From the NCBI RefSeq assembly GCF_963921235.1, contig NC_086117.1, positions 25,730,001 through 25,794,000 on the forward strand: DNA of 64,000 nucleotides, read 5' to 3'. This document shows positions 53,201 through 64,000 of this stretch, piece by piece (position 1 is the stretch's first letter; every line of letters starts with the position of its first letter). Position numbers and translations under genes: made by a program. The notes beneath the pieces are model-generated. The model had not been told where the DNA came from. It saw only the letters and a program-made list of their open reading frames with translations, and made no database searches. This stretch comes from Mobula hypostoma. Taxonomy: Eukaryota.

Positions 53201-55318
53201 TAACAACTTTAAGGTCCCAGAATGGGAGTTCTTCACCAGATACAGTGCCGTTTTGAAGAGGGTGGCTCATTACTACCTTTTCATGAGCACTTACTTAGCG
53301 AGGAGCAATGAATGTTGCACTTGCTGGTGATGCATCCTGAAAGGAATGAACCACTCTTCACATTCCACCACTCAAAGCCTTTCTGTTTGCTACAAGGTCT
53401 TGTCAGGTGTATGATAGAACTCGACCACTGGTCACGGAATCCAGCTCTGACAGCAGTCAACAAGTTTGGCCCACTTATTAGCACTTCCTTCATGACCGTA
53501 GACATCACCACCCCCATCATTAGTGTTGTAGGTCTGCAGTGCATATTTGACGAAGCTGCTTTGACAGCATTCTGAAACCTATGACCTCCAACTTGGCATT
53601 TCCTAAATCCCCTTCCTCCACCAGCTAGATGGACAAGGGAATAGATACATTTGCTTGCCTCACTTGTGAGTTCCCGCCAAGTTACGCCCCACCCTGTGGG
53701 GCAAGTTTGTGGGGCAAATTTATTTCTTTTGTTCCATTGTCTAAATCATGGTAGTTAGCCACCACTTTCTCAAGGGTCATTAGAGATAGGTGCTAGATGA
53801 AGCCTTGCCATGATGTCAAATGTATATTAGTTTTAAAAAGTACAAAGAACATTTGGAGAAAAAAATCACTTTATTGAAAACATCTAGGCAAAATTCAACA
53901 GGATTAAAGTTACTATTTTTAAAAAAGCTTATTTACACCTTCAACTCCTTAAAAACATTGGCACAATAAGGTAGAAATCTTTGGGCAATATAAAATGGTT
54001 ACTTTGTATTGGTATTGATGTGTGGAAGCTATTGCAGTGAGGCCTGGTGCACTCATTTCCTGACACCATGGGCATCTTCCTCTCTAGCAGGACCAGGAGA
54101 GGGGCAAGGCTCCTTTTCCTTTTGAGCCTCAGGTGATAATAGCATGCTGCAGTTGTGTTGTCTGGGACCAGATATGTTGGCAAGCTTGGGATCTTTCTGG
54201 CCTGAAAGCTGGTACTACTGTAAAAGAGTAAAATAATTGTTTTTAAAATAACCTCTAATGTAGCAGAGGCCAGAAAAGCAAGAACCACAATAGGAGAAGA
54301 CTGGCAGAATGCAGTGTGTAAACTGTGAAACCTAACAGTACAAAATGCAAGAAAACATGGACATGATGGGCTTCTCATAGTTCATACTTCTGTTTAAATT
54401 GACATGCTGCTTCTCTTTGCCTCGTGAATGATTCTTATTTCTGTACGGATCATTTCTTGCACAAAATTGTATTTCTTAGCTTTATGCCTCATCTTGCCTT
54501 TCACCAGCAAGGACTTGTTTCTCTCTATCCTGCAGTATTAGTTTAACTGGAACTGGAGCTCCAATCAATATTCCATATAGTTTTATAATACCAAGTCCTA
54601 TTCACTTCGTTTCACTGCCATTTCATGGCTCTCAGTCTGACAAAGCCTCTATTTTAAAAATATTGTTCCTTGTTTTCAAATCCCTCCATGGTTTTGTCCA
54701 CTCTGTGTCTGTAATCTCCCTCAGTACAAAACTGTCCAAGGAATCTACATTTTTTGTCTTGTGGCTTGAGTATTTCTTAATTGAATTATAGAATTATTGC
54801 AATATAGGAGACCATTCAGCCCATTACTCTACTATTAGCTGTCGTAGATTTAATCTTACTCCTTTTCCCCATAGCTGGCCATGTTGTCCCATTGGCAACC
54901 ACTGCTTAAGTAGGTTCATTCCAGAGCCCTGGAGTTCTACCTATAACTTCTTCATTCCCTTTCATCCTTCTTTTTAAAAAAAATGTTCCTTACAATATTT
55001 GGTCACGTCCTAATATTTATTTTCTTGCCCATGTCAAATTTCATTTAACAATTCGATAAGAACATAAATAGAAGTAACAGTAGGCCATATGACCCTTTAG
55101 ACTGCTCCAACATTCCGTAATATTGCAGCTAACCCGGTTTTGCCCTCAACTCTAAATTTCTGCCTTTCCCCATAATCAATGGCTGACTTATCATTTGCAA
55201 ATCTATCCCAGCCGTGAATGTGAGAGTGTGTCCTGGCACCGTAACAACCAGGATCTCCCGATGGCCTGCCATTTTAATTCCGTTCCTCATTCCCACAGAA
55301 AATGGCTAGAAATAAATA

Positions 55319-56127
55319 CAGACATCCCACCCTGCGAAAACTCATTTCAGGGAGGTCTCAACCGGAAGTTTAACCCTCATAGCCGTCTGTGTCAATGAAT
55401 TTGTTAATTTTGCAAGACATCAGATTCACAAGTGCTTTGTGAGACAGCTGACTTCTGAATTCTGTCTTAATGTGACGCACCATGCTGAATGCCGTTTCTA
55501 CATCACAATTAGAATTTGGCAGCACCAAAAGACGCTTCGTCAACTGGCAGAGCTCTTTGAATCTCAATTGCCCTGTGCTCTCAGATTTTACTTTGGACAG
55601 CTTCCCCATCAACTGGCAAACTTTTGTAGTTTGGCACCAGTCCTTCAAGGTTAGTTGAGACATAATCCAGGACTCACCCCAACATGTCTTTTACAGTCAT
55701 TTAACCCACCATGGGCAATAGAAAAGTCACTGTTGCAAACAGTGCAGGGAGCAACACTGTCATTATTTTTGACCCCTATTAGGCAGGAGTACACTTTAGT
55801 GTAGTCTGGGGTGACGTACGTTTTATATTTTCTTTTTTTAAAACACTCTGCCATGGCGCTGCAGGACACTAAACTGAACTGATGGACAATGAAAGAGAGA
55901 GAGAGGTCGACTGTAAAGTCCGCCCACAGAGAAAACCGATAGGTCTACTTAGCACAAAAGAGAGACCAAGCAGGATTGATTCATTCTCATTCTCATTCCC
56001 TCCCCCTCCCCCTCCCCCTCCCCCTCCTCATCGATTTCCAGGATATTGTATATAATTTGTGGGCATCAGGGAACCACTATCAATATGTGGGAGACTCCCA
56101 GAACTTACGGGAGAGGTGGGATGTCTG
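55319..56127 (-). mobile_element. Internally deleted hAT-superfamily DNA transposon
   Basis: 13-bp perfect TIR CAGACATCCCACC; flanked by TAAATA on both sides; N-terminal zinc finger CTVC..FSIAHGGLNDCKRH and C-terminal dimerization motif LLVLPNSNCDVETAFS...KTEFRSQL. Confidence 0.88.
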
Positions 56128-56149
56128 TAAATATTAGGACAAGTGACCA

Positions 56150-56730
56150 AACATATCTGTCCATGGCCACCTTTCCAGCCACATTTGAGGCTAGACGTAG
56201 ATTAGGGAAGCAACATCTCATATTCTGTCTTGGTGGTCTCCAACCTGGCAGCATCAACATTGATTTCTCTAACTTCTACTATTCACTGGTATTGGTTTTC
56301 TTACCTCCTCCCCACCTCACTTTCCTTATCCCTCTGGTCCTGTGCCCCTTCTCTTTCTTGTCTCCTGCCCTCACAAGACCTGTTGATCACCTTCACCTTC
56401 CTCTGGTTCCCCACCTCCTTTTCTTTATTCCATGGTCTACTGTCTTTTCCCTTCAGATTCCTTCTTTCTCAACCATTTGCCTCTTCCGTCTGTTATTCTC
56501 TCCCCCCCCCAGCTACTCTCATCATTCTCGTTCGTTCCCTGTCACCCACCTTCCTACCTCTCACCCCAATCCCCATCACATATCACCCGCCAGCTCGTGC
56601 TCGTGCTGCTCCTCCTCCCCCACTGGCTTCTGCTCTTTCTTCCAGACCTCGGCCTGAAACGTGGATGTTAATTTTCCTCCGTTGACGCGGCCGCACCCAG
56701 CCGAGTTTCTCTGGTGGTTTATGTGTGTGA
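56150..56730 (+). mobile_element. Penelope-like 3' end (continues from about 55235-55295, split by the hAT insertion)
   Basis: QDLPMACHFNSVPHSH then RRLGKQHLIFCLGGLQPGSINIDFSNF, followed by the terminal repeat. Confidence 0.8.
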
Positions 56731-57466
56731 CTCTAGCCACATACTGTATGTACTCAATGACTCAGCTGTCACTGCCCTCTGGGGCAGAGCTGACGGAGAC
56801 TGAACACTCCCCAAGGGAAGAAATTCCTCAATATTTCCTTTTTAAATGGGATACACCCTTACGCTGAGACTGTAACTTATTTCTAGATACGAAGAGAAAT
56901 GTCCACTCAACAGTTACAGGGTTGTCTCCTTCCAAATTCTATTGAGGATAGACCTAACAATCTTTCCTCTTTGGATGACAGTATCATTTCCGGGATCCAC
57001 CCAATGAACCATTGAAAACTTCTAATATGTTCCTCCTTCAGCACTGCAGATGTGGCCTGTGTAGTTGTAGCCAAGCTTCCCTACTTTACTCCATTCTCCT
57101 GCAACAAAGCTTGACTTCTTTTTTTGCCAGTTTGCTGGCTTGCTGCAGCTCATGTACAAGAGCATCCAGATGGGAGTCTTCTGTATTCTCACCAACCAAA
57201 AAATCTGCTTTGCTTTTCCTGCCAAGGAAGGTAATCTTACATTGTACTCCATCTGCCAAATTTTTGTCCACTCATTTAACCTCTTTGTGGACAAAAACCT
57301 TTTCCACCTATCACCTCCCAGCTTCTTACTTCATTCCCCTCCTCTAAAAATCTGGCTTCACCTAACACCTTCCAGCTTACATTTTATGTGTGTTACCATC
57401 TAGCTTGTATTCCTTCCCCTTCTCTCTTCCCCCCACCCTTCCTCTGGCTTCTTCCCTCTTCTTTTC

Positions 57467-57504
57467 CAGTCCTGATGAAAAGCCTTGGCTAGAAACTTCG
57501 GCTG
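57467..57504 (+). ncRNA. Minimal hammerhead ribozyme-like motif in a Penelope-derived repeat (best-preserved core in the window)
   Basis: CAGTC-CTGATGA-aaAGCCttGGCTa-GAAAC-TTC-GGCTG gives stem I, the CUGAUGA box, stem II, the GAAA box and a UC cleavage site; stem III carries a mismatch. Confidence 0.5.
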
Positions 57505-59035
57505 TTTATTCATTTCCTGACCTGCTGAGTTCCTCCAGCATTTTGCGTATGTTACCATGGAGAGATGGTGTTGTCATTAATATGCAGAGCCTGTTGTGTG
57601 TTCCATTAAGGACTGAGGGATTTTTGACAAGTGTGTAGACATTTGTTAGCTTGTGGTTTTCTTTAAGGAGAGCGTATCTTCTGTGAAAATTCAACATGGG
57701 TTACCACAGGATACACACAAACTATGTTGGCCATTGCTCCAGAGGTGTTACTCACGGTTTTGTAGATGATATTTGTGAAGCAATGGACTGTCAGCCCTTT
57801 CATGGAACAGTGCGAATCCTATCCTCCTTTTGAGAAGCTGTCTTTTGACAAATGTTGCCTGTTGAGTGTTTCCAGCACCTTTTTTTATTTCAGATTTTTA
57901 ACCTTGCAGATTTTTGATTTTCAGGATGCCTGAACTGTTGGGTGGATGTGGTTGTGTATCTTGTGTATGAGGTTGGTGAGAATTTTGTATGAAATCAGAG
58001 ATTTTAAATACTTGTAGATGCTGAAAATCCAGAGCAACACACACACAAAATGCTGGAGGAGCTCGCAGGCCAAGCAGCATCTCTGGAAAGGAATGAACAG
58101 TTGACGCTTTAGGCTGAGACTTTTCATTGGGACTGGAAAGGAAGACGGGGTAAGCCAGAATAAGAATAAGTCAGAATTATTCAGGCTTTTTCCCTGTTCC
58201 TTTTGAGTCCTAATGAAGCATCGACTGTTTGTTGGTATATACTCCATAGTATAATGCAATATATGCTGGTATATATTTGTTTGTCTTTTACCATCCAGTA
58301 TTTGTGTGATAATGAATTGACTTAGTGTTTAATTTTTATTGACTAGTCTATAACTGGCCCTGGCATGGTGGGAAAGCTCCTGGGCTGGAAAATTTTGGGA
58401 ACCAAGATGCAAGGGTACCTATTTGCCCTAAACATACTTTACATATTTCACATTCTGTTTAAAATTTTCATCCACTGATTCCCACAATGTTGGATGTGGA
58501 CATGTATTTCAAAGTTATGAAAGGGCTTTGAAAGGGTAAATGAAGGTTGCGTTTTCACTGCACAAGTAACCAGGAAAAAGGCATCTATTTAATATGAATA
58601 ATTAGGGACATTATCACAATTTTTTACATTTTATGATTTGAGTACACTGCTCAAACAATTGGTGGAAATAGATTCAGTGGTAACTATACTGAAAGAGATT
58701 TGGAAGGGAAAATCTTACGGGACTGTGGAAGAGAAGGAAGGAGGAAATAACTGTTTTGTTGGGTCGTATTTTTTTCCCTTCTGTGCTATATGATTCTTTG
58801 AAAGAAATATTGATGCAGTGAGCAGTAGAGCACTAAGGAGTGTGGTAGAACAAAGGAATCTGGGAATTATAGATCCGCACTTCCTTGAAAGTCCCATCAC
58901 AGGTAGATGGGGACCTTCATAAACTAAAATATTTGAGTACAGCACTTGGGATGTTTTGTTGAAGTTGTATAAGACGTTGGTGAGGCCTATTTTGGAGTAT
59001 TGTGCGTAGTTCTGGTCACCTGTCTACAGGAAATA

Positions 59036-59938
59036 CAGGTTACGTATCCCTTATGTGGAAACCTCCAAAATCCAATTTTTTTCCCTCTCTTCTTCTTCTG
59101 CGCACTGACATCATCACAAATGGAAAATTCCTCAATGCCTGGGAAGGTTCCCTGGCAATGTGCAAGTCTCTGTGCATCACAGACAGTTCTGTGAAGTGAC
59201 CTCACATATGCAATAAACAAGAGTTAATAAAAAATAGAAAAACACTGCATAAAATCAAAAATGAAGATCTCGATCGTGTATTGAAAGAGTGAGTCTTGTC
59301 AGTGTCGGAGTGAACACATGCTGCTTACTGGGATACCGATCATGAAATAAACAAAAATGTATCATAACAAACTAAAAATTGGAAGTATTTGTGAATACTT
59401 AGCAGACTTGTTGCAGAAATGTAAAAGGCATGGCATTAAATTTTAATAAAGATTTAAAAAAATTTTAAATATAAAGCATCCGCTGATCACAAAACATTGT
59501 TAAGTTTGTGAAGATCATCACTGATGAAAATCTAACACCAGAACAATTCTACAATGCTGATTATTTTTATACCTTACATAAAACCTGAAAAAAGTAAAAT
59601 ACAAATACAGTGTACTGTAACCTTTTAATCAAAACACGGCATTGTAGGTAGAGACTGAAAGCCTGCGGTTGTTTGTTGTTCAACAGCTGATTCAGGTTTT
59701 CTCCTGGTGCTGCTTTGTTGCTTTTGTTACTCTGCACACATTATATATTCATTATAATAATGGTATGTAACGGTTTTTACTGTTAAGTACAAGTGTAAGA
59801 CAAAGACTGCTTACATAAATATGGTAGCACATAAGTTCAGAGTCGGAAATGATGGCGATCCCAAGCAATCTCATTATATATTCCAAAATCCGAAACACTT
59901 CCAGCCCCAGGCGTTTCAGATAAGCAGTGCTCAGCCTG
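59036..59938 (+). mobile_element. Tigger/pogo DNA transposon (Tigger4-like), internally deleted
   Basis: TA|CAGGTT...CAGCCTG|TA ends; coding remnants RKTLHK.KNEDLDRVLKE, KRHGIKF, KASADH and DENLTPEQFYNAD. Confidence 0.85.
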
Positions 59939-60071
59939 TATATGAATACAGTTGAAAGACTACAGAAGAAATTTACAAGGATATTCTTGGGACTTGAGGA
60001 GCTGGGTTATAGGGAAAGACTCTGAGAATGAGGGGAGATTTGGTTCAAAGTTATGAAGGTTACAGATACCG

Positions 60072-60765
60072 TCAGAATCAGGTTTATTATCACCAGCATG
60101 TGACGTGAAATTTGTTAACTTAGCAGCAGCAGTTTAATACATAATATAAAAGGAAAAAAAACAAAGTAATCATAAATAAGTAAATCAATTACGGGATATG
60201 TGTATTGAATAGATTAAAAATCATGCAAAAAACAGACATACTATGTATTTTAAAAAGTGAAGTAGTGTCCAAAGCTTCAATGTCCACTTAGGAATCGGAT
60301 GGCAGAGGGGAAGAAGCTGTTCCTGAATCGCTGAGTGTGTGCCTTCGGCTTCTGTACCTCCTGCCTGATGGTGACAATGAGAAGAGGGCATGCCCTTGGT
60401 GCTGGAGGTCCTTAATAATGGACGCTGCTTTTCTGAGACACTGCTCCCTAAAGATGTCCTGGGTACTTTGTAGGCTGGTACCCAAGATGGAGTTGATTAA
60501 ATTTACAACCCTCTGCAGCTTCTTTTGGTCCTGTGCAGTAGCCCCTCCATACCAGACAGTGATGCAGCCAGTCAGAATGCTCTCCACAGTACATCTATAG
60601 AAGTTTTTGAGTATATTTGTTGACATACCAAATCTCTTTAAACTCCTATTGAAGTATAGCTGCTGCCTTGCCTCCTTTATAACTGCATTGATATGTTGGG
60701 ACCTGGTTAGGTCCTCAGATATCTTGACACTCAGGAACTTGAAACTGCTCACTCTCTCCACTTCT
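60072..60765 (-). mobile_element. Rex1/Babar-type LINE 3' fragment nested in CR1
   Basis: ORF 60288..60776 reads VERVSSFKFL...FYRCTVESILTGCITVWYG; tail AATAAACCTGATTCTGA. Confidence 0.88.
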
Positions 60766-62372
60766 GGTTCATGCAAACAGGCACTTTTTCCACCAAGGTT
60801 GTGTGAGACTAGAACTAGTGGTCATTGGTTAAGGGTGAAAGATGAAATACTTAAGGGAGAACTGAGGTGAAACTTCTCTCCGGGTGGTGTGAGTGTGGAT
60901 CAAGCTGCCAGCGGAGGTAGCAAATGCGGGTTCAACTTCAACATTTAAGAGAAATTTAGCTAAGAATATGGATGGGGGGGATATGAAGGTCTTTGATCCA
61001 GATGCAGGTCGATGGAACTAAGCAGAATAACAGTTTGGCATGAACTAGATGGGCTGAAGGCCTTATTTCTATACTGTTGCTTTCTGTGACTATCTGATGA
61101 AAGAAGTCGGCTTGCATATCTATAAACTCAAATTGATTACCTCAAATTTGAGCTAGGTTTGCCACAGATCCTTCCCATACAGGATGCAGACATTCTCTGC
61201 AGAATTGGTGCAATGGATCCCGGGCTGTAGCAATCCGTCCTTGTGTCCTGAGTAAAGAATTTATTTTTCTGTCAGTGAAGTGGCCCACTTGGCCATTATG
61301 CACTTGAAAGAGCTATCCAATTAGTTCTACTTGTCCCTTCCTCTTGTTGGTGTCTTGTTGCAGGTACCTAATCCATCATCTGTATTGTTCTGTAGAAGCT
61401 GCCTGTGTTGTGTGAAAGCACTGAATGGGATGGTGCTATTACATTTTAATGAAAGACCAGTTGTCTCTGTTACTGTAGCTGCCGCAGCACACACGGCCAA
61501 ACAAATTACCATCAGTCCTCTCGTGGGGAGCACTCCTTATTTCCTTGCACTCTAAATAACACCTCCACCCACATATTTCAGACTATGCTAAACTCTTATT
61601 TTAAAAAAACTGCTTGCCTTGACCAGAGTGAATCAAGTCAAATTTATTGTCATTTAACTATATACATATATACCATCAAACGAGATGTTTCTCCGAGCCG
61701 GGGTGTAAAGCACTGTAGTACAGTATTCATAAAATACAGAATAACTTGTGAAAGTAAGGATGAAATCTACAGATGGATTGCACATAAATAAACTAACGTG
61801 CATAAATTAAATGTAAGGTACAGAACAGATTAACCAGTGACACTTCGAATGTCATGTGGCAGGGAGTTCAGAAGCTAATGGCCTGAGGGAAGAAACTGTT
61901 CCCCATCCTAACTTTCACACTTAATACACATTTTTTACCCATCATGCCCTGATCCCCAAGATGCCAACTTTCGTTTTGCCTCCACAGATGCTGCTTGAGC
62001 CACGAAGTTCCTCAGGCAGTTTGACTCTTCCCCTGAAAAGAAACGTTGACCTTGAGTCCCATTCAGTAGCTGGATGGCATAATCCAAATTGACACTGGCA
62101 GTGCAGGCGTGAGAAAGCACTACAGTGTCAGGACTGTCTTTTCATTGGTGGAAGGTTACTCTTTTGAGATCCCATGGAACTCTGTCAAGTGAACAGAAAT
62201 GAAAGGAGAAAGGGTCAGGCATTTTCCGGTGAATGATCATTTCTCACTCAATCATACATCCTTGTACGTGTATCATTAGTATGCCTACACACTGACTTAG
62301 GACATCCATAGTTGTAAAAAGTGCTATATAAAAGCAGGGTTTTTATAAAGGCTGTTGTGTGTATGTACGCAG

Positions 62373-62482
62373 GCTCATCTCCTGAAGAAGAGATGCGGAT
62401 CTCATTCACCAATCACACCTTCATTGTACCAAAGAAAGAGATCAACATGTTCCCAGACATGGGCAAGTGGAAGCGTTCTCAG
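62373..62482 (+). CDS. PTPA: PTPA exon 2 (GSSPEEEM...FIVPKKEINMFPDMGKWKRSQ)
   Basis: Matches human FIIPKKEIHTVPDMGKWKRSQ; AG/GT boundaries; 110 nt. Confidence 0.95.
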
Positions 62483-63948
62483 GTACTGGCTTGGGTAGGG
62501 TTTGCCGCAGTCTATTGTGAGTAGCTTGTTTGATCAGATCTTGCTATTAGAGTTGAGCTTCAGATTAATTGCAGTTCAAAATAATTGAACCTTCTCCCTT
62601 CTCACTGAAGCTCCTTGGAATAGAATATGTTAAGAGCAAGGTGTATAATCGTGCTCAACATTGTGAAGGCTTTTGATATTGCTTGTGATCTGGAGCACAT
62701 CGATTAAACAGAGGCTGAAATAGACTCAACTTATTAGCTTTCAAAAGGATTTTGTATAAATACTTTGATAAAAGGTTGTAAGTCTGTTGGGAAGAAGCAG
62801 ATTAGACTACAAGACCTTGAGGGATGGTCTTATGGTCGTAGGGATTAGGGATAACTGTTTGGCTAACTCTTTTAGAGCCATTGCAGGCATGATAGAAGTA
62901 AGGGTGACATTTTGTGCTGTATCATTTTATGATGGTATGTGGAATCATTTCACATTCATTTACTTGCAATTTATAGAGTGGTATATCAAAAATGAAAGGT
63001 GTTTCCTGCTGTACAGTACACTCCTTCAGGTCATCTGCTAGTTCAGTCATGACCCTGTATGCAGGCATACATGTTTTCTGTGTCGAGGATGTGAAGAGTG
63101 CTGTTTTTAACAAAGAGATTTCCTATCTCCCCATAGTTGCTGCAATGTACAGCAGTGACCAGTCAGTTAGATCGTGACTGATTACATACATTATTTTTTC
63201 AAAACTCATCTTGGTTCTGCAACCTTTAATCCTCTCATCCACAAAGCCTAGCAATCTTAGTTTTTAAAAGATCTTTTTATCCAAACTTTTTCTTTGAATT
63301 TTCCAAATTCCAGGCCCCCTTTGTGTTATGAAGTGCTTAATGATCACACTCCTGAAATGTTTACTTCTAACGTTAACTGTTAGACCGGGAGATCTAAGCC
63401 CTTGATCTAATGAAGGTGGAGATGCACTCAACATGGATGTCACTTCTTCTAAATCTGGAAGTGACTCTGAGAGGAGAGCACAGTTTCATATGTTTGGTGT
63501 CTTTACCCTGCTGACAGTAGAGGATGCAGATTTGGGATACGGTGGCAAGGAAACCCTGGAAGTTGCTTCATACGCATGGCACACTACAGTCGCAGTACTC
63601 CAGTGGAGGAAGAAATGGATGCTTAGTGGTGGTGGGAGGGTTGTCGTGTGGACCTCTGAGCCACTTTGAGATTCTCAAGTTCTGCTGTAATTGCACTTCT
63701 TTAAGCAAGTGCAGAAAATTCCATCAGAGTGAGGGAGGACTATTGATTTGTACTCCAGGGAGCGCGAAGCACAGAATCAAATATCGCTGTGATGATTGTA
63801 CGCTCTAGTATCAATTGTTTGGCGACAGTAAAGTAAAGGATTTTATTTTAATTCATATACTTTAAAAAGTGCAAGTTATATTGTAAGATCGCTTAAAGGC
63901 TTGGTTTGCTCTACAATTAACCTTATCACCTTGTCTCACTCCCTTAAG

Positions 63949-64000
63949 GCTTATGCTGATTATATCGGGTTTGTTCTGACACTGAATGAAGGTGTGAAGG
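63949..64000 (+). CDS. PTPA: PTPA exon 3, truncated by the window end (AYADYIGFVLTLNEGVK)
   Basis: Matches human AYADYIGFILTLNEGVKG; preceded by a pyrimidine tract and AG. Confidence 0.95.

Larger units (their letters stand above)
58800..61075 (+). mobile_element. CR1 3' region hosting two nested insertions
   Basis: LYKTLVRP.LEYC..FWSP before 59035, resuming at 59941 and 60767 (TRTSGH.L.VK). Confidence 0.8.

Noticed and set aside
56046-56685. 203-aa and 151-aa ORFs
   Set aside because: Chance read-through across the hAT end, Penelope C-terminus and a low-complexity pyrimidine tract.
1-64000. Prokaryotic systems (CRISPR arrays, operons), rRNA or true tRNA genes
   Set aside because: The window is spliced vertebrate DNA; no spacer-repeat array was seen, and tRNA-like boxes occur only in SINE heads.

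Overview
Eukaryotic, repeat-rich vertebrate DNA. The repeat families suggest a cartilaginous fish, probably a ray; this is an inference. The window holds a complete 14-exon carnitine O-acetyltransferase gene (CRAT) on the minus strand: CDS 47594 to 5023, 630 aa by summing exon lengths, ending in the peroxisomal signal SKL. It is head-to-head with the first three coding exons of PTPA/PPP2R4 on the plus strand (ATG at 48196), the same arrangement as in mammals. Introns are filled with CR1, Rex1/Babar, L2, Tx1/L1, RTE and Penelope-like retroelements, and with Tc1, Tigger and hAT DNA transposons, often nested. Most notable observations: (1) a candidate second first exon of CRAT (MDRKNSQK) that would swap the mitochondrial leader for a non-targeting N-terminus; (2) an abundant Penelope-derived repeat whose consensus folds into a minimal hammerhead ribozyme, with fold-back junctions clustering at the ribozyme core; (3) a 94-bp retroposon tail whose target-site duplication copies the CRAT exon 4 splice donor; (4) substitutions in CRAT active-site motifs (STS to SSS, and HSSSEG); (5) a hAT element with a 6-bp TSD and a Tigger4-like element.
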